This document shows, piece by piece, positions 12,401-22,800 of a DNA stretch of 64,000 bases. Below the pieces are notes generated by a model that did not search any database, had not been told where the DNA came from, and saw nothing but the letters and a program-made list of their open reading frames with translations. How positions within the stretch are numbered: the stretch's first letter is position 1; each line of letters opens with the position of its first letter. This DNA comes from Phoronis australis (Eukaryota; Animalia; Phoronida): positions 74,300 through 138,299 of the forward strand of contig NMRA01000288.1 in assembly GCA_002633005.1 (NCBI GenBank). The letters are read 5' to 3'. The translations under genes were made by a program, and so were the position numbers.

Positions 12401-13209
12401 TGTCCACTCTCAATAATTAATCAATCTGACGGTTGCAGAATGGTTTCATACAAGGAACGGTTCCGCGAACAGAATAGTTTTTTGGAGCACTCAATTGAAC
12501 TTCTAATTAAGAAAATGCTAATTGAGGAAATAAAAATGTAACATTGTTAGGGTAAGGTATAGATTTGTTTCATACCATTTTTTATGGCCCTAAGTGGATA
12601 TTAAGAAAGTGCAGAACCGTTCCGCACACTTTGAGACTAAATGAGATAGTCTCATTTGAGAAAAAATGGCCTTAGTGAAATGTTATTCAGTGTTTGGTAT
12701 TTCCTGCCTCAAGTCATGAAAATCACATACAATCCTCAAAATATGTTATGTATTTCAAACACAACAGCTAAAGTAACTGGCAATGCATTTGATAGGTAGT
12801 GTTCTTGACATCATTACAGACATGACGAACTCTTCTGTAGGGCTGCAGACCAGTACTCTGAGAATTTCGGTATCTGTAATGAGTCATACGGCCCCTAGCT
12901 AGTATCATGTAACGTGCTTTTGCCACTTAAATCAACTCTTTAAAGTTGTAGCCAGGTAATTTTCACATGATGAAGTTGCTTATAATTAATCGGAAGTGTC
13001 AGTTTCCTTGAATTTGTGCATTGGCCCGCTCTAATATTGGTATTATATCAAATTAATGTTTTATGGCAGGTTACTTTCTTTCTCACGAGGATGATCAAGT
13101 GTGCTTGAAATATGTTGGCACTCACAGGTCATGTGAGGAACTAGAGGAGATTCCAGACATACAGTTTGGTGTGCAATGGATAGACACCTTGAGGACACAG
13201 CTGTCCTAA
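3273..13209 (+). CDS. Spliced gene: PDZ-like domain + IL-1/IL-18-like beta-trefoil cytokine precursor (~317 aa; 5' start uncertain)
   Basis: Exons 3273(acceptor 3235)-3487, 5212-5314, 6488-6533, 7909-8100, 10575-10723, 11780-11888, 13070-13209 sum to 954 nt, in frame, all GT-AG. Product: MRLSCRCQMFNLADNNERAETGTIRTKLLHKNSEKLYGSLRLSSQTQTNRITHTLTGITNAGNPEQEDFVFRDDDLLESINDTNVSVYCHQLVASMLQHQKEVFTLTVIRNGRRLKLEVKLDKRNALYIIVHAGGCDEVDGGCGGINSINDIEDVQYDNPEFTHVMKWSEDRVQMAPKADTIGSSELFVVDQYMGLDTTDGSDVFICTIRVHHKSKRSRKDRFLMCTDNKEVVLTKAKFHEDHVNLKKQKSMLFQLRSWNYVTFFESLSYLGYFLSHEDDQVCLKYVGTHRSCEELEEIPDIQFGVQWIDTLRTQLS*. FESLSYLGYFLS matches the IL-1 family signature (human IL-18 FESSSYEGYFLA). Confidence 0.8.
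5212..5314 (+). CDS. IL-1-like gene exon B (PDZ core: DDLLESINDTNV...HQLVASML)
   Basis: tttttag|T GAT...TTA|gtaagt; the peptide fits the PDZ GD-x-I-x-x-I-N-G...H-x-x-V-x-x-L pattern. Confidence 0.8.
6488..6533 (+). CDS. IL-1-like gene exon C (TVIRNGRRLKLEVKL, PDZ last strand)
   Basis: atttcag|ACT...CTC G|gtaagt; 46 nt, phase 0-1, fits both neighbours. Confidence 0.8.
7909..8100 (+). CDS. IL-1-like gene exon D (linker with DEVD/G, start of trefoil)
   Basis: ttttatag|AT...AGT G|gtgtgt; phase 1-1; overlaps ORF 7872-8144. Confidence 0.75.
8177..10101 (+). mobile_element. Helentron-associated (HINE/DINE-like) non-autonomous element with degenerate ~140-160 bp tandem array
   Basis: 5' tttttATGCACCCA...TGGGTGCATat hairpin, short GTCC-like tract, ~11 degenerate units (aaatttgg..atgtgttcctat..ga.gatga...ccctagtggc..ttt..tgtatct), and a 3' end motif (catttcaac.ct.tg.gttg.tcttgtt) present twice, at ~8975-9000 and ~10075-10101. 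Confidence 0.55.
10575..10723 (+). CDS. IL-1-like gene exon E (ELFVVDQY...ICTIRV...FLMCTDNKEVVLT)
   Basis: tttcttacag|AA...ACA|gtgagt; phase 1-0, like the central trefoil exon of IL1B/IL18. Confidence 0.85.
11780..11888 (+). CDS. IL-1-like gene exon F (KSMLFQLRSWNYVTFFESLSYL)
   Basis: ttatttcag|AAA...TTG G|gtaagt; carries the FES motif; absent from the ORF track. Confidence 0.85.
11920..12667. mobile_element. MITE/foldback element with ~180-bp terminal inverted repeats
   Basis: 11920-12101 is an imperfect reverse complement of 12493-12667 (e.g. aaatggtatgaaacaaatctataccttaccctaa / ttagggtaaggtatagatttgtttcataccattt); short internal tandem repeats at 12109-12243. Confidence 0.8.
13070..13209 (+). 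CDS. IL-1-like gene exon G, terminal (GYFLSHEDDQVCL...DIQFGVQWIDTLRTQLS*)
   Basis: ttttatggcag|GT TAC TTT CTT...TCC TAA; completes the YLG/YFLS signature across the intron. Confidence 0.85.
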
Positions 13210-16200
13210 GTACTGTTGTTGTTGTTCCGGTTAGACCTTGGAAATGTCCAGGAATTTGGTATCTCTCGGGACAAGGTGGTTGGAATTTTAACTTGATCTA
13301 AACAACTTTTAAAAACGAAATTTCTATACAGTGCTTGAAAATCACCAATTTCATATCAAAAAAAACAACCTCACCTGTGTCAGCTGTCAAATTAGAACAC
13401 CCACAAACACTATCTGACGATATGTTAATTAGATGATCTCCAATTACGAGCATTTATTGGTCGATACATGCCACTAACCGGGTCAACCAGTCACAGCACT
13501 GGTCGTCCTCTGTTGTTTTTAGTGTGAAAAGTCGTCAAATGTTGCTGCTCGTTTCCTGTTTTTTATGGTATAATGACAATTTTCCGGTGGTTGTGGCAAC
13601 TTAGTATTTGGCCACGCTGTGACTTCTTTCACTTTTCTGCGGCACATTAGAGAAGCATGGATATGGTACATGTTTGTGCAAGAAACTCGCGTGTTGGTGG
13701 ACATGACATAGTGACAGTGGGTACATGTACATTCATGCGTCCCTCTCATGTCCACGGACCTAAGAAACTTTCAGTCGATGTCACTTTTGTATTTTCTCTT
13801 TACTGGGATATTGAATTGGTGATTGTGAGGTGCAGTGCTAGAAAGGAAACATTAGTGATGCGGACAGCGAAGTCACTTGTCAAAACAAGGTAAATGGTGG
13901 TTTTAAGCGCATCATTATGAAGTCAAAAAAATAAAGATAGGTTCTGCACAATGGATTTTCACCGTGAAGACATGGAACATTATTGTATCAGATACAACAT
14001 GCATGAAGTTTAGATAATTGTCCTGTAGTACTCATATCATCCGCAATAACGTGCTTATGTTTTGTTGTGCAAATTTTATTGCTGTGTTGTAACTGCCTAC
14101 TGCTTTTTGTGAATTGCTGTTGCACTGATTTATTGTGCAACGTGTGTTAGTCCTGCCAGTTGTGAAATCATGGTTCAAAGAATCATGACATTTAGCAAAG
14201 GTGTTTCTGCAGATGGAAAGCGAGTTGACATTGTTTTATTTAGACAGTTTCAAGTGCTACATTAACTCTGCATGCCCCTAGTGGCAGTTTTAGTTTTTGC
14301 TTTTTCCTCAGTATCAACCAAGTTTACATATTAAATGTGACATGCTCAGTGGATTACATGGTCATTGTGCTATTTTGTTAGTTTTGAAGTTATAGTTCGT
14401 GTAAGGTGATTTTATGATGTTGTCAGTCTGGTCATTATTTTGTTACTGTAGCCATGTACTATTAAACGAGCAACATTGTTATAATATGGTTCTTCCTATT
14501 GTTTTGTTATAGACAAGCAACTGCTCACAAGTAGGAGCAAAGGATGCAGGTATTAAGAAATCTGTATTGATTGAATATTGAGCAGTTTGTTAGTGACCTT
14601 CGTTGCTCGTGGGAAATATCACTCATGTATAGCCTTTGACTGGCATATGTAGTTGTCTCCATGTGCAATGTGTAGTTCTGAGCCTGTAGAAATGTGCTCT
14701 GCTTTGTAGTATAATTTAAATTGTATTTTATGAACCTTGATAAGATATGATAATTGTCTGATATTTTATAGTCTGGACAAAAGCTAAATTTGCTTTTTCA
14801 AACTTTCTGTTTATACCTGCTTGTTAGATCTGCCTTTTAGATATGTTAAATACATGTACTTTTGTGCAACATATCTTTGTTTCGTTTGATTCCACACAAC
14901 CACTAACTAATTACTACACATTTTATGCCCCCCATATTATGTGCCCCCATTGGAAACCCCTTTTATCCTCTCGACGAGTCACAGTAGACTGGTCTATTGA
15001 CATTATCGTAGTGAGCAACATTAGCGCACTAACCACAACCTGAGCAGCTGATCGGCTGCTGGGACAGTAAAAAATGAGTAGTTTTCCCAAGGAACGTCAC
15101 CAATTAGAAAAACCGCCAACGTTAGGCATCATTGTCGATTGATAATGGAATTACTAAGCAAAACAATCGTGTTGCGTAAAGCACCCTTCGAACCGAACAG
15201 TGGCGTAGATCTCGGATAGAGCGCTACCGATTTAATCACGACCCACGACGAATCAATTTTCGTTGCACCCATGTAAAATGCCACACAACAGCTACGTTTC
15301 GTACTAAATCTGACAACGGCAAACTTACCGAGCTCTGTAGTCAAAAACTATTTTTCACGTAAGATATCTTGATTATCCACTAACAATATCCCCGACAATA
15401 CATCACCGCGGCACTAGTCGGGGTACCATTTTATAAGATCGTGACTCAGAAATGTCGTTAATTGACGGTGTGCGTGAATGTACGTCTCGTTTTTATCGCA
15501 AAAACATACGTGAAGATGACAACCCTTGAAATCAAATAGATGTTGCAATGCCGTGCAGTTACCGAAGAAATAAATATAAAAAAGTAAAACTAGTAAAACT
15601 AAAATGACTAGCGTCGGTACTAAAATATATTAAAATATCGTATCGAGCGATGCGCTCTTTCTCAAGGGTGTGTTACAGACTGCTGAATACATTTGGATAT
15701 TTCTAAAAACAAATGGCACAGGGGCAGGCCCGTAGGAAGGAAAAAATTATTGGGGGGAGGCACAAACCAATTTGACTTCGCCAACCTACCCCCTTGCTAT
15801 CGTTAGCCCCCCCCCCGGGATGTCACCGTATTTGTACTGAGCCACACCCCCCACGCCCGCTTGTGAAGGTGGAGTAATTCCGGGGGATGCAGCGATCAGG
15901 ATTTGAGTAACCGTGAACCAACAAACCTACAAATATTCACGAAGAGTAAGAATGCGTCTAGGTCCCGAGCGCACTGACGGGTGACCTGGTGGCCTCCTGA
16001 AGTAACTATAGCTGGGTCGAAGGTCAAGGTTCCTTTTATTTTCGGGAAAACTTCATTTTGTTATGGGGATTGTTTGAAGTATTTTTTGGAAAGCTGAGGT
16101 CCCGAGGTGCTTGGTATGAGTGCCTTTGTGGCCGTTTCAGAATCCCTTGATCACAGCCGGTAGTCCAGTTTCTGGTTGCTGGGTAAAATGATACTGAGCT

Positions 16201-19200
16201 TGTTCCGTTTCAATTTCAGTCCATTTCAGCACCGGAGGCGATGCCAGAAAGCCGAAACTCAACACTGGTATGTGAAACCTAGGACTATAATGAAATTACT
16301 CCCAGGTGAAACGCTCGTTTGTGTGATTATCAAAGTGTTCGTGGGTGCGAACCACACACGATTTTTGTCTGGAATGACGTGGTTAGTCTTGAAAGTTCGC
16401 TGCTGGCTTGAGCGCATGATTCAGTCGTTCTGGCCTACTTTATGTATGATTCGAAGTTCCTGTGTGTGATTGTCCTGTCACCCTTTGGCCTTCAAATCGT
16501 CATTCAACTTCACAAACCGCCGGAAGTTTACAAGTGAGATGGGCCCCCACGACTGAGGCGGCCGGCAAAAAGCGCGGACGGCTTGCCAATTTTGCTGCTT
16601 GCCGTGCGGTGCTCGGGAGTTTTCCTTCGACATCTTATACTAGACAGATCCGCCAGTAAACATCGTTAGCATACATGTACTGTAACTGGTACTGCCTCTT
16701 TTTGGGACGTTGGAATGATTTCATGGCTCCGTCGATCTAACCAAGTCAGCTAGCGATCCCCTAAACCCCGCACAAATCGGTCCAGCACCAGTAAGGATTA
16801 CCTTAAATCCCACGGTATAAATCCCCAGGCATGCTCCCGTAAACTCTATGCATGTACCATACTTCTCACCCTGCGGGGAACGAATACCATTCCCAAGGTC
16901 CTGTTTGTGTGATGAATCTGCTTGACCCGGGATTGCAACTGATCCACGGACCTTGAGTTTGGTCACAGGATGGCTGTAGGGCGTTTGCCACGTGTTGGGA
17001 CGTTGGTCGGGAAATTTGTACCGCGACGGTGTTTCATTTGCTTGCCGATCCGGGAATGAGATTTAGTGGGTCGTTGCGGGAATTGTGAAACCATGGAATA
17101 GTTTGCACTCCTATTATTGCTTTTGTAACTGACGCTAAAACCAGTGGTTTTAAAATAAATCGCATTACAAATTTTAACTTATCAAAAGAACGTGTTGCCA
17201 GTATGTCCCCAGACTTTGTCATCGGTATTGTTATGGTAGTTCCATTTAGTACATGCCCCCTTAAGTGCAAGACAACAGCGTGGTTAAGGGCCAGTTACCT
17301 CGTAACCCAAACTGTGACATTTTCCTGGGAGATGAGATATTGTAGTTATAGTAAAATACTACATTCATTTTTGTATGTAATTTGAGAAGCGATACATACC
17401 GTTCTTTGCTTATAAATCATTCTGTCATACTTTTATCGTTATCAGTGGTGTCAAATGCCGTTCAAAAAATCATTGTGCATATTTCTTTTGCAGTAAAAGA
17501 CAGCCATTGCCAGGATGTATCAGTTTTGTTCATTAAGTAAATTGATGCACGATCAGTCAAGTGATTGATCCTAAAGATACATGTACATGATAATAGCTTG
17601 TGTTGTGTATACTTTTGGCTTTCACCGAGGTCAGTGTTGGTTTTGACAGCCAAAAATGCGATAATAAACTCGATGGGGTTTGAGTCTGAAAACTGATATA
17701 TCTGTCGATTACATGTGAAAATGAATGTTGCTTTATTATTTTAGATGATCTTTGATCCGTTATCTTTGCAATTAACCTAGACACAATCTTGCCAGTGCAA
17801 TTTACTTGCCAATATGTTAAAAATCGTCCATCCACAGCCACGGTGACGCAAGGCCAACTGAAGGTCACGGCTTTTTTAGTCAAGTGACCCATAATTTGTA
17901 TATTTAAGATGAAAAATGAAAGGAAGGTGTACAATGTAATTACACTTGCAGCGGCACCCAATCTATTATTTACACGTAACTGTTTTCCCACTTATTGGTC
18001 AAGTATGCTGCGTCAATCACCACGATACTGTAAATCGGTTGAGCCTTGTCTTCGGCGTCCACAAGCGCTCTACTACGGTTGCCTAGCTGATACGCAGCGT
18101 GCCATCGTATTGATATAACCAAATGGCGTTTGTCGATTGTTCTGCATTGAAGTAACCGTTGTATGTGACCCCAAACATGATATCTTTCCCAAAATATAAT
18201 CGATTATTCCTTTGTTCATTCCGAGCACCTCCTGGAAGTTTTTTTTCTCCAAAACGTTTTGGGTAAAAACTGATGACTGACCAGAGCAGTGACGGACATA
18301 CGACCAAAAGCCCAAACATGACTTAGCAAATGTAATCATATAACAAAACAATTATTGACTTTTACACTCGGTCAATATGCTGGTTTTCAGACCCCAAAAT
18401 TGTGATAATAACAGGCAAAATCGTTTACTAATTTCGCGTTTCCAAGGAAGAGCTTAATATGAAGACACGTGTGGTCAACATGGAGAATTATATACTCCGA
18501 AAATTACCACTAAATCAGATAATACTTTTGTATATGCATAATATCCAAAACTTGTTCGCATGAGATTCTGTAAAAAAATTTTTAGTATGCTGCAAAAGAA
18601 ATGCTAAAACATGCGCAATCGTCTTATGTAACAAAACTTCAGAATTCAAATTTGGTTTACGTTTATTGACAAAGGTTTAGTAGACATGATCTGTGAATTT
18701 AGTTGATAGTCCATAAAACTTTTAGACTTAATGCCTCGAATGAGCATCGTGAAGCAAAGACATTACGATACCTGAACACACGACATGTTTATTTATTCTT
18801 CCACCTTTTTGGCAAACATTTGAACAGCACATGATTCAAAGTAATTTACGAAAATCGGCGTAAATGTAGGCAGTAACCCAAATTGCTGCTGAACGAGATT
18901 TCGCCTTTAGAAGCTCAGGCAAAATTGTCGAAAATATTGCTTAAAATGTGTTGAATGTGTTTTTTAAGAAAAAAACATGAATTTCATATTGAGCACTGTT
19001 TAATTAGTCTTTGTAGTTTAATCAGTTAATAGGGGTATTTAGTAAATTATTAGTTAATAGTATAAATTAAATTTCTTCATATTTGGTGGATGCTCAACTG
19101 TTTTGGAAACAGGGAAAAAATACAACCAAAAACTCTACTTGGTAGATTGTGTGTCAGTTGACTAGTTTTATTCTAATTTTATGTTGATTTGTTTTTAACT

Positions 19201-19823
19201 TTTCGGTATTACATTTGGAGTACTAAGCCGTCACGAACATAGTTTTTGTAATTTTACGTTGAAACGTCGTCAAAGTTTGAAACAATTTGTTTGTAGTGTA
19301 TTTTTATTTGGACGTTATTTTTGCCCTTTATATAAGTTACAATTATTCTAATCCAACAAAGATTTGTATATACATACGCACATGTGTGTACTTCGTCACG
19401 GTTTCAAACAAATACTGTTATTCTGCAAACTTGCTGATCTGTCTATGTCAAAGGCAGAATGACTGAACAGTTTACTGCGAACAAATTCACGATTACAATA
19501 ACTATTGTTACTTCGACTAACCAGACGTGAATAAATCTGATGTGTTTACCTGCTGAGCACCACTAGGCTTCCTGTCTACGCACAGAATCTGTGTAGCTTG
19601 TATTGTCAGCCTGTCACGCAGTTTTTCGTCGTTTTGAGTTAGGCAAACAACTTCGACCAAATTTGTTCTGTGCGTTTGAGACATAAACCTCGCACAGCTG
19701 AAGTTGGAATTTAGGTGACTACCCCGGGCAACGGTGACGACCATACTGCGCCTGGACTTCATCATGTGATTGCATGAATTTTCTAATTGACTTTGATGAC
19801 CAGGAAGGTTTTTAAAAGTGAAA

Positions 19824-22800
19824 ATGGCATTAGGAATTATCTGCCTATTCATTCTGATGAGAATTCACCAATCTCATGAACGTAAGTATCAGAATCAATA
19901 ATTTCTCGTAATTTATTTCTATTTTCCTGAAAACCGGCCGCACATTGCAGACATGAAAGAGCACGACTGTTTAATATATATTTGTGGCATTAAAGCAAAC
20001 GTTTATATACATGTAGGTGGGCAAAACATTGCACTTTTTGCCATTTTTTATTTTTCATTAGTGATAATCATTAACTATGCGTATTAGCGATGTAGGCAAC
20101 AGGTAGCAAGCAATGCTCGGAAATTTCTACATGTAGATGTCACTCCACATGTCAGGGCTGACGTATTACTTACAATACATGTATAATACTTGCATTTGCA
20201 TTCGTACTTACACAGTATAAATATGTACAATTATTACAAAAACGTAAATTAATCCCAATGGCCAATAACTTGTACTTAACAGTAAACGCTTAATATACTG
20301 TAGCGTCAAACACTAATCGTAGTCGGAACCACTCAATTTGAGAATTTGTTGCACCGGGGCTTGTGATAGACAGAGTAAATGAAAAAAGCAATATTCTGAT
20401 GCATATCTCCGAATTTCACGGCTAACTCAGAAAAGGTTTGAAGAGTGAGAACCCTTGGTTTTGTACTAGATATAGCCAAATATTCTTGTGAGTTATCATA
20501 AAATACCACTAAGTGTATTTTCTCATATTTCTTTGTAAAAATAATGCAAATAACACCGGAACTTAAAGAAAAACTTAAAACTTTGAATGCTATTTATAGC
20601 CGTGCATTATGAATTGAAAACAATGGGAGTTTGTGGAGTTTGAAAATTATTTTAAGCATAAACCGAAATTTTAAAGCGCTATTCGCCCGTTTGCACAGCC
20701 ATAAACTCTGAGGGGGGGGGGGNACAATGAATTTTTGGCCGTAAAACAGCCTCCCGTTCAGTAACGCTAGGACCTCGCTAAAAAGCAAGACTTCGCGAGA
20801 TTACGTGAGATATTGCCGTGCATTTTACTTGAGAGCACGTGAATTTGACTAGGTTTTAGCTAGGTCCTAGCGTAGGTCCTAGCGTCTACTGAACGCACGC
20901 CAGATAATGTCCCTTAACTTAAAACCTTTTTGAGGTGGAGATATAGTAACTTTGTTTTTGTAAAATCTCGTGTCTATTTACCCCCAGCGTCTAGCTTCTT
21001 TACATTGGCATGAGGCTTCAGCCATCTCCTGATGCTATTAAAGATTCTTGACTGTAAAATAATAGAGGCTAAAAATTATGTTATTTAGTTTTGTGCCTTT
21101 GAAAATGACATTAAAAGTTCCATATTTGCAGTTAATATTGCAACTAAGGCACATCACCTAGTATTCTCGTGGAAAACTTTCAGGATTTCGATATTTCATC
21201 CGCATTGCTCTTGCTCAGAAGTTTATTCTTTTGAAGTAGTTTTAAATTACAATTTTAATTTTCGTTATTTAATGACGTTGCCTACATGTAGGTCACAGTT
21301 AGCGCGGGAACAATACAAAAAGTGTCATTATCAAACTCGCTGCGAATGAGTGGACCGGGTACGCTGAACGGGCCTCAAAATCGTGGGATCCTCGTTACTG
21401 CCACGCAAGAGATCATTGTTTACGGTTCAAACAAAGAAAAGTACAGTTGTGATGCATTTCTGGCCCTTCCTACGGACGTGCTAGGCAAGGATTATTTCAT
21501 ACCGTCGTGGCCAAAGGAGGCTTCGTACCAGGAGCCTTCGCAGTTAGGTGAGAGATCAAGTGCTAAACTGAAATGGTAAAAAGAACCCATGCATTGTCGT
21601 CTGTAATAATGTGTTCTAGGTCATGCTTCGGGGTGGAACTTTTTAGATGGTTTTAATAGCTGGGTCTCTAATTTTACGCGATATACCGAGTGGATCCGTG
21701 GAGTTCATCGAATGTTTGATTAGTTACGCCAGAGTTGGTTTACTAGATTTATGTATTGATGGTGAGTGTGGGGCTGATAATGGTGACCCTAATGGTGTAC
21801 CCCAGAGGTCGATAACGGGCCATTGTTATTTTGTGTGTAGGTAAATGAGTAGAATTAGTTTGTATGCGGATAACACAGCCCTCTTCTTTGCTGCCAAGTC
21901 AATAGATGAAGTCAGTGTCAGTTAGCAGAAGAAATGAAGTGCGTTATGACATTTAATGTTAAAAAAGCAAAGTTATGGCTATTGGTAGCAGACAGAGACT
22001 GGCTGTGTTGTCTCCAAGCAACATTGCCATTACTGTCAACGTCACCCAGCTGGCAAACACTGAGAAATATAAATATCTGGGTGTTATGATTGATAAAAAT
22101 TTATCGTGGGACGAGCATGTTGATTATGTGTGTAAAAATGTTTCTCAGCAGATTTGGCTTTTGTGCCGAGTCAAGAGCTATGTTGATTAATCTTCCCCTA
22201 GACTCTGTACAAGAGTCTAATTGTACCACACTTTGATTACTGGGATTTTGTCTGGGGTAATTGTGCGTCATGATTCAATGAAAGACTTCAAAATTAGAAA
22301 ACAGAGCTGGGAGGCCTCAACTATAGTAGCCTTTATAGTGATTTTCCAATTACTGATCTTCTCGATACTGATCTTCTCGCTGGTGCAGCCTGGTTAACAG
22401 GCGTGCCTTTAATCCCAATCTTATGTGTACAAAGCAATTATCTCCGACTGGGCCCACTTGAAAATCAGTGTATTCACTGAAGTAGTCACCCAGTCATTTT
22501 GAAGACGTTTGAATAAATAAACAGTTGAATAAATAACTAAATAAATAGGTGAGTGCGGAGGTAGTGGTGGAAGTTGGGACGAAAATGAAGAAATGATGAT
22601 GTGCTCATTGTGATGATCGATGGTGAGGGCTTAAGACTGTGGTCATGGTAATTTTAATGGCGATGCCTATGGTAGTGATGGTGATCAACATTGTCACCAT
22701 GCAGCGTCATCGTCATCATCGTTTTCACTATTATGATGATCATGATGATGACGACGACGATGATGAAGATGATGATGATCGCCATCATCATCATCATCAT

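Noticed and set aside
13192-13209. C-terminal TQLS as an intramolecular PDZ ligand
   Set aside because: The terminal residue is Ser, not the hydrophobic residue required by canonical PDZ-binding motifs.
13210-14900. AU-rich elements in the putative cytokine 3' UTR
   Set aside because: Only scattered single ATTTA pentamers, expected at this AT content; the poly(A) site is unknown.
15050-17300. CpG-richer intergenic segment with several short ORFs
   Set aside because: No recognisable protein motifs or consistent splice chain; probably repeat-derived.
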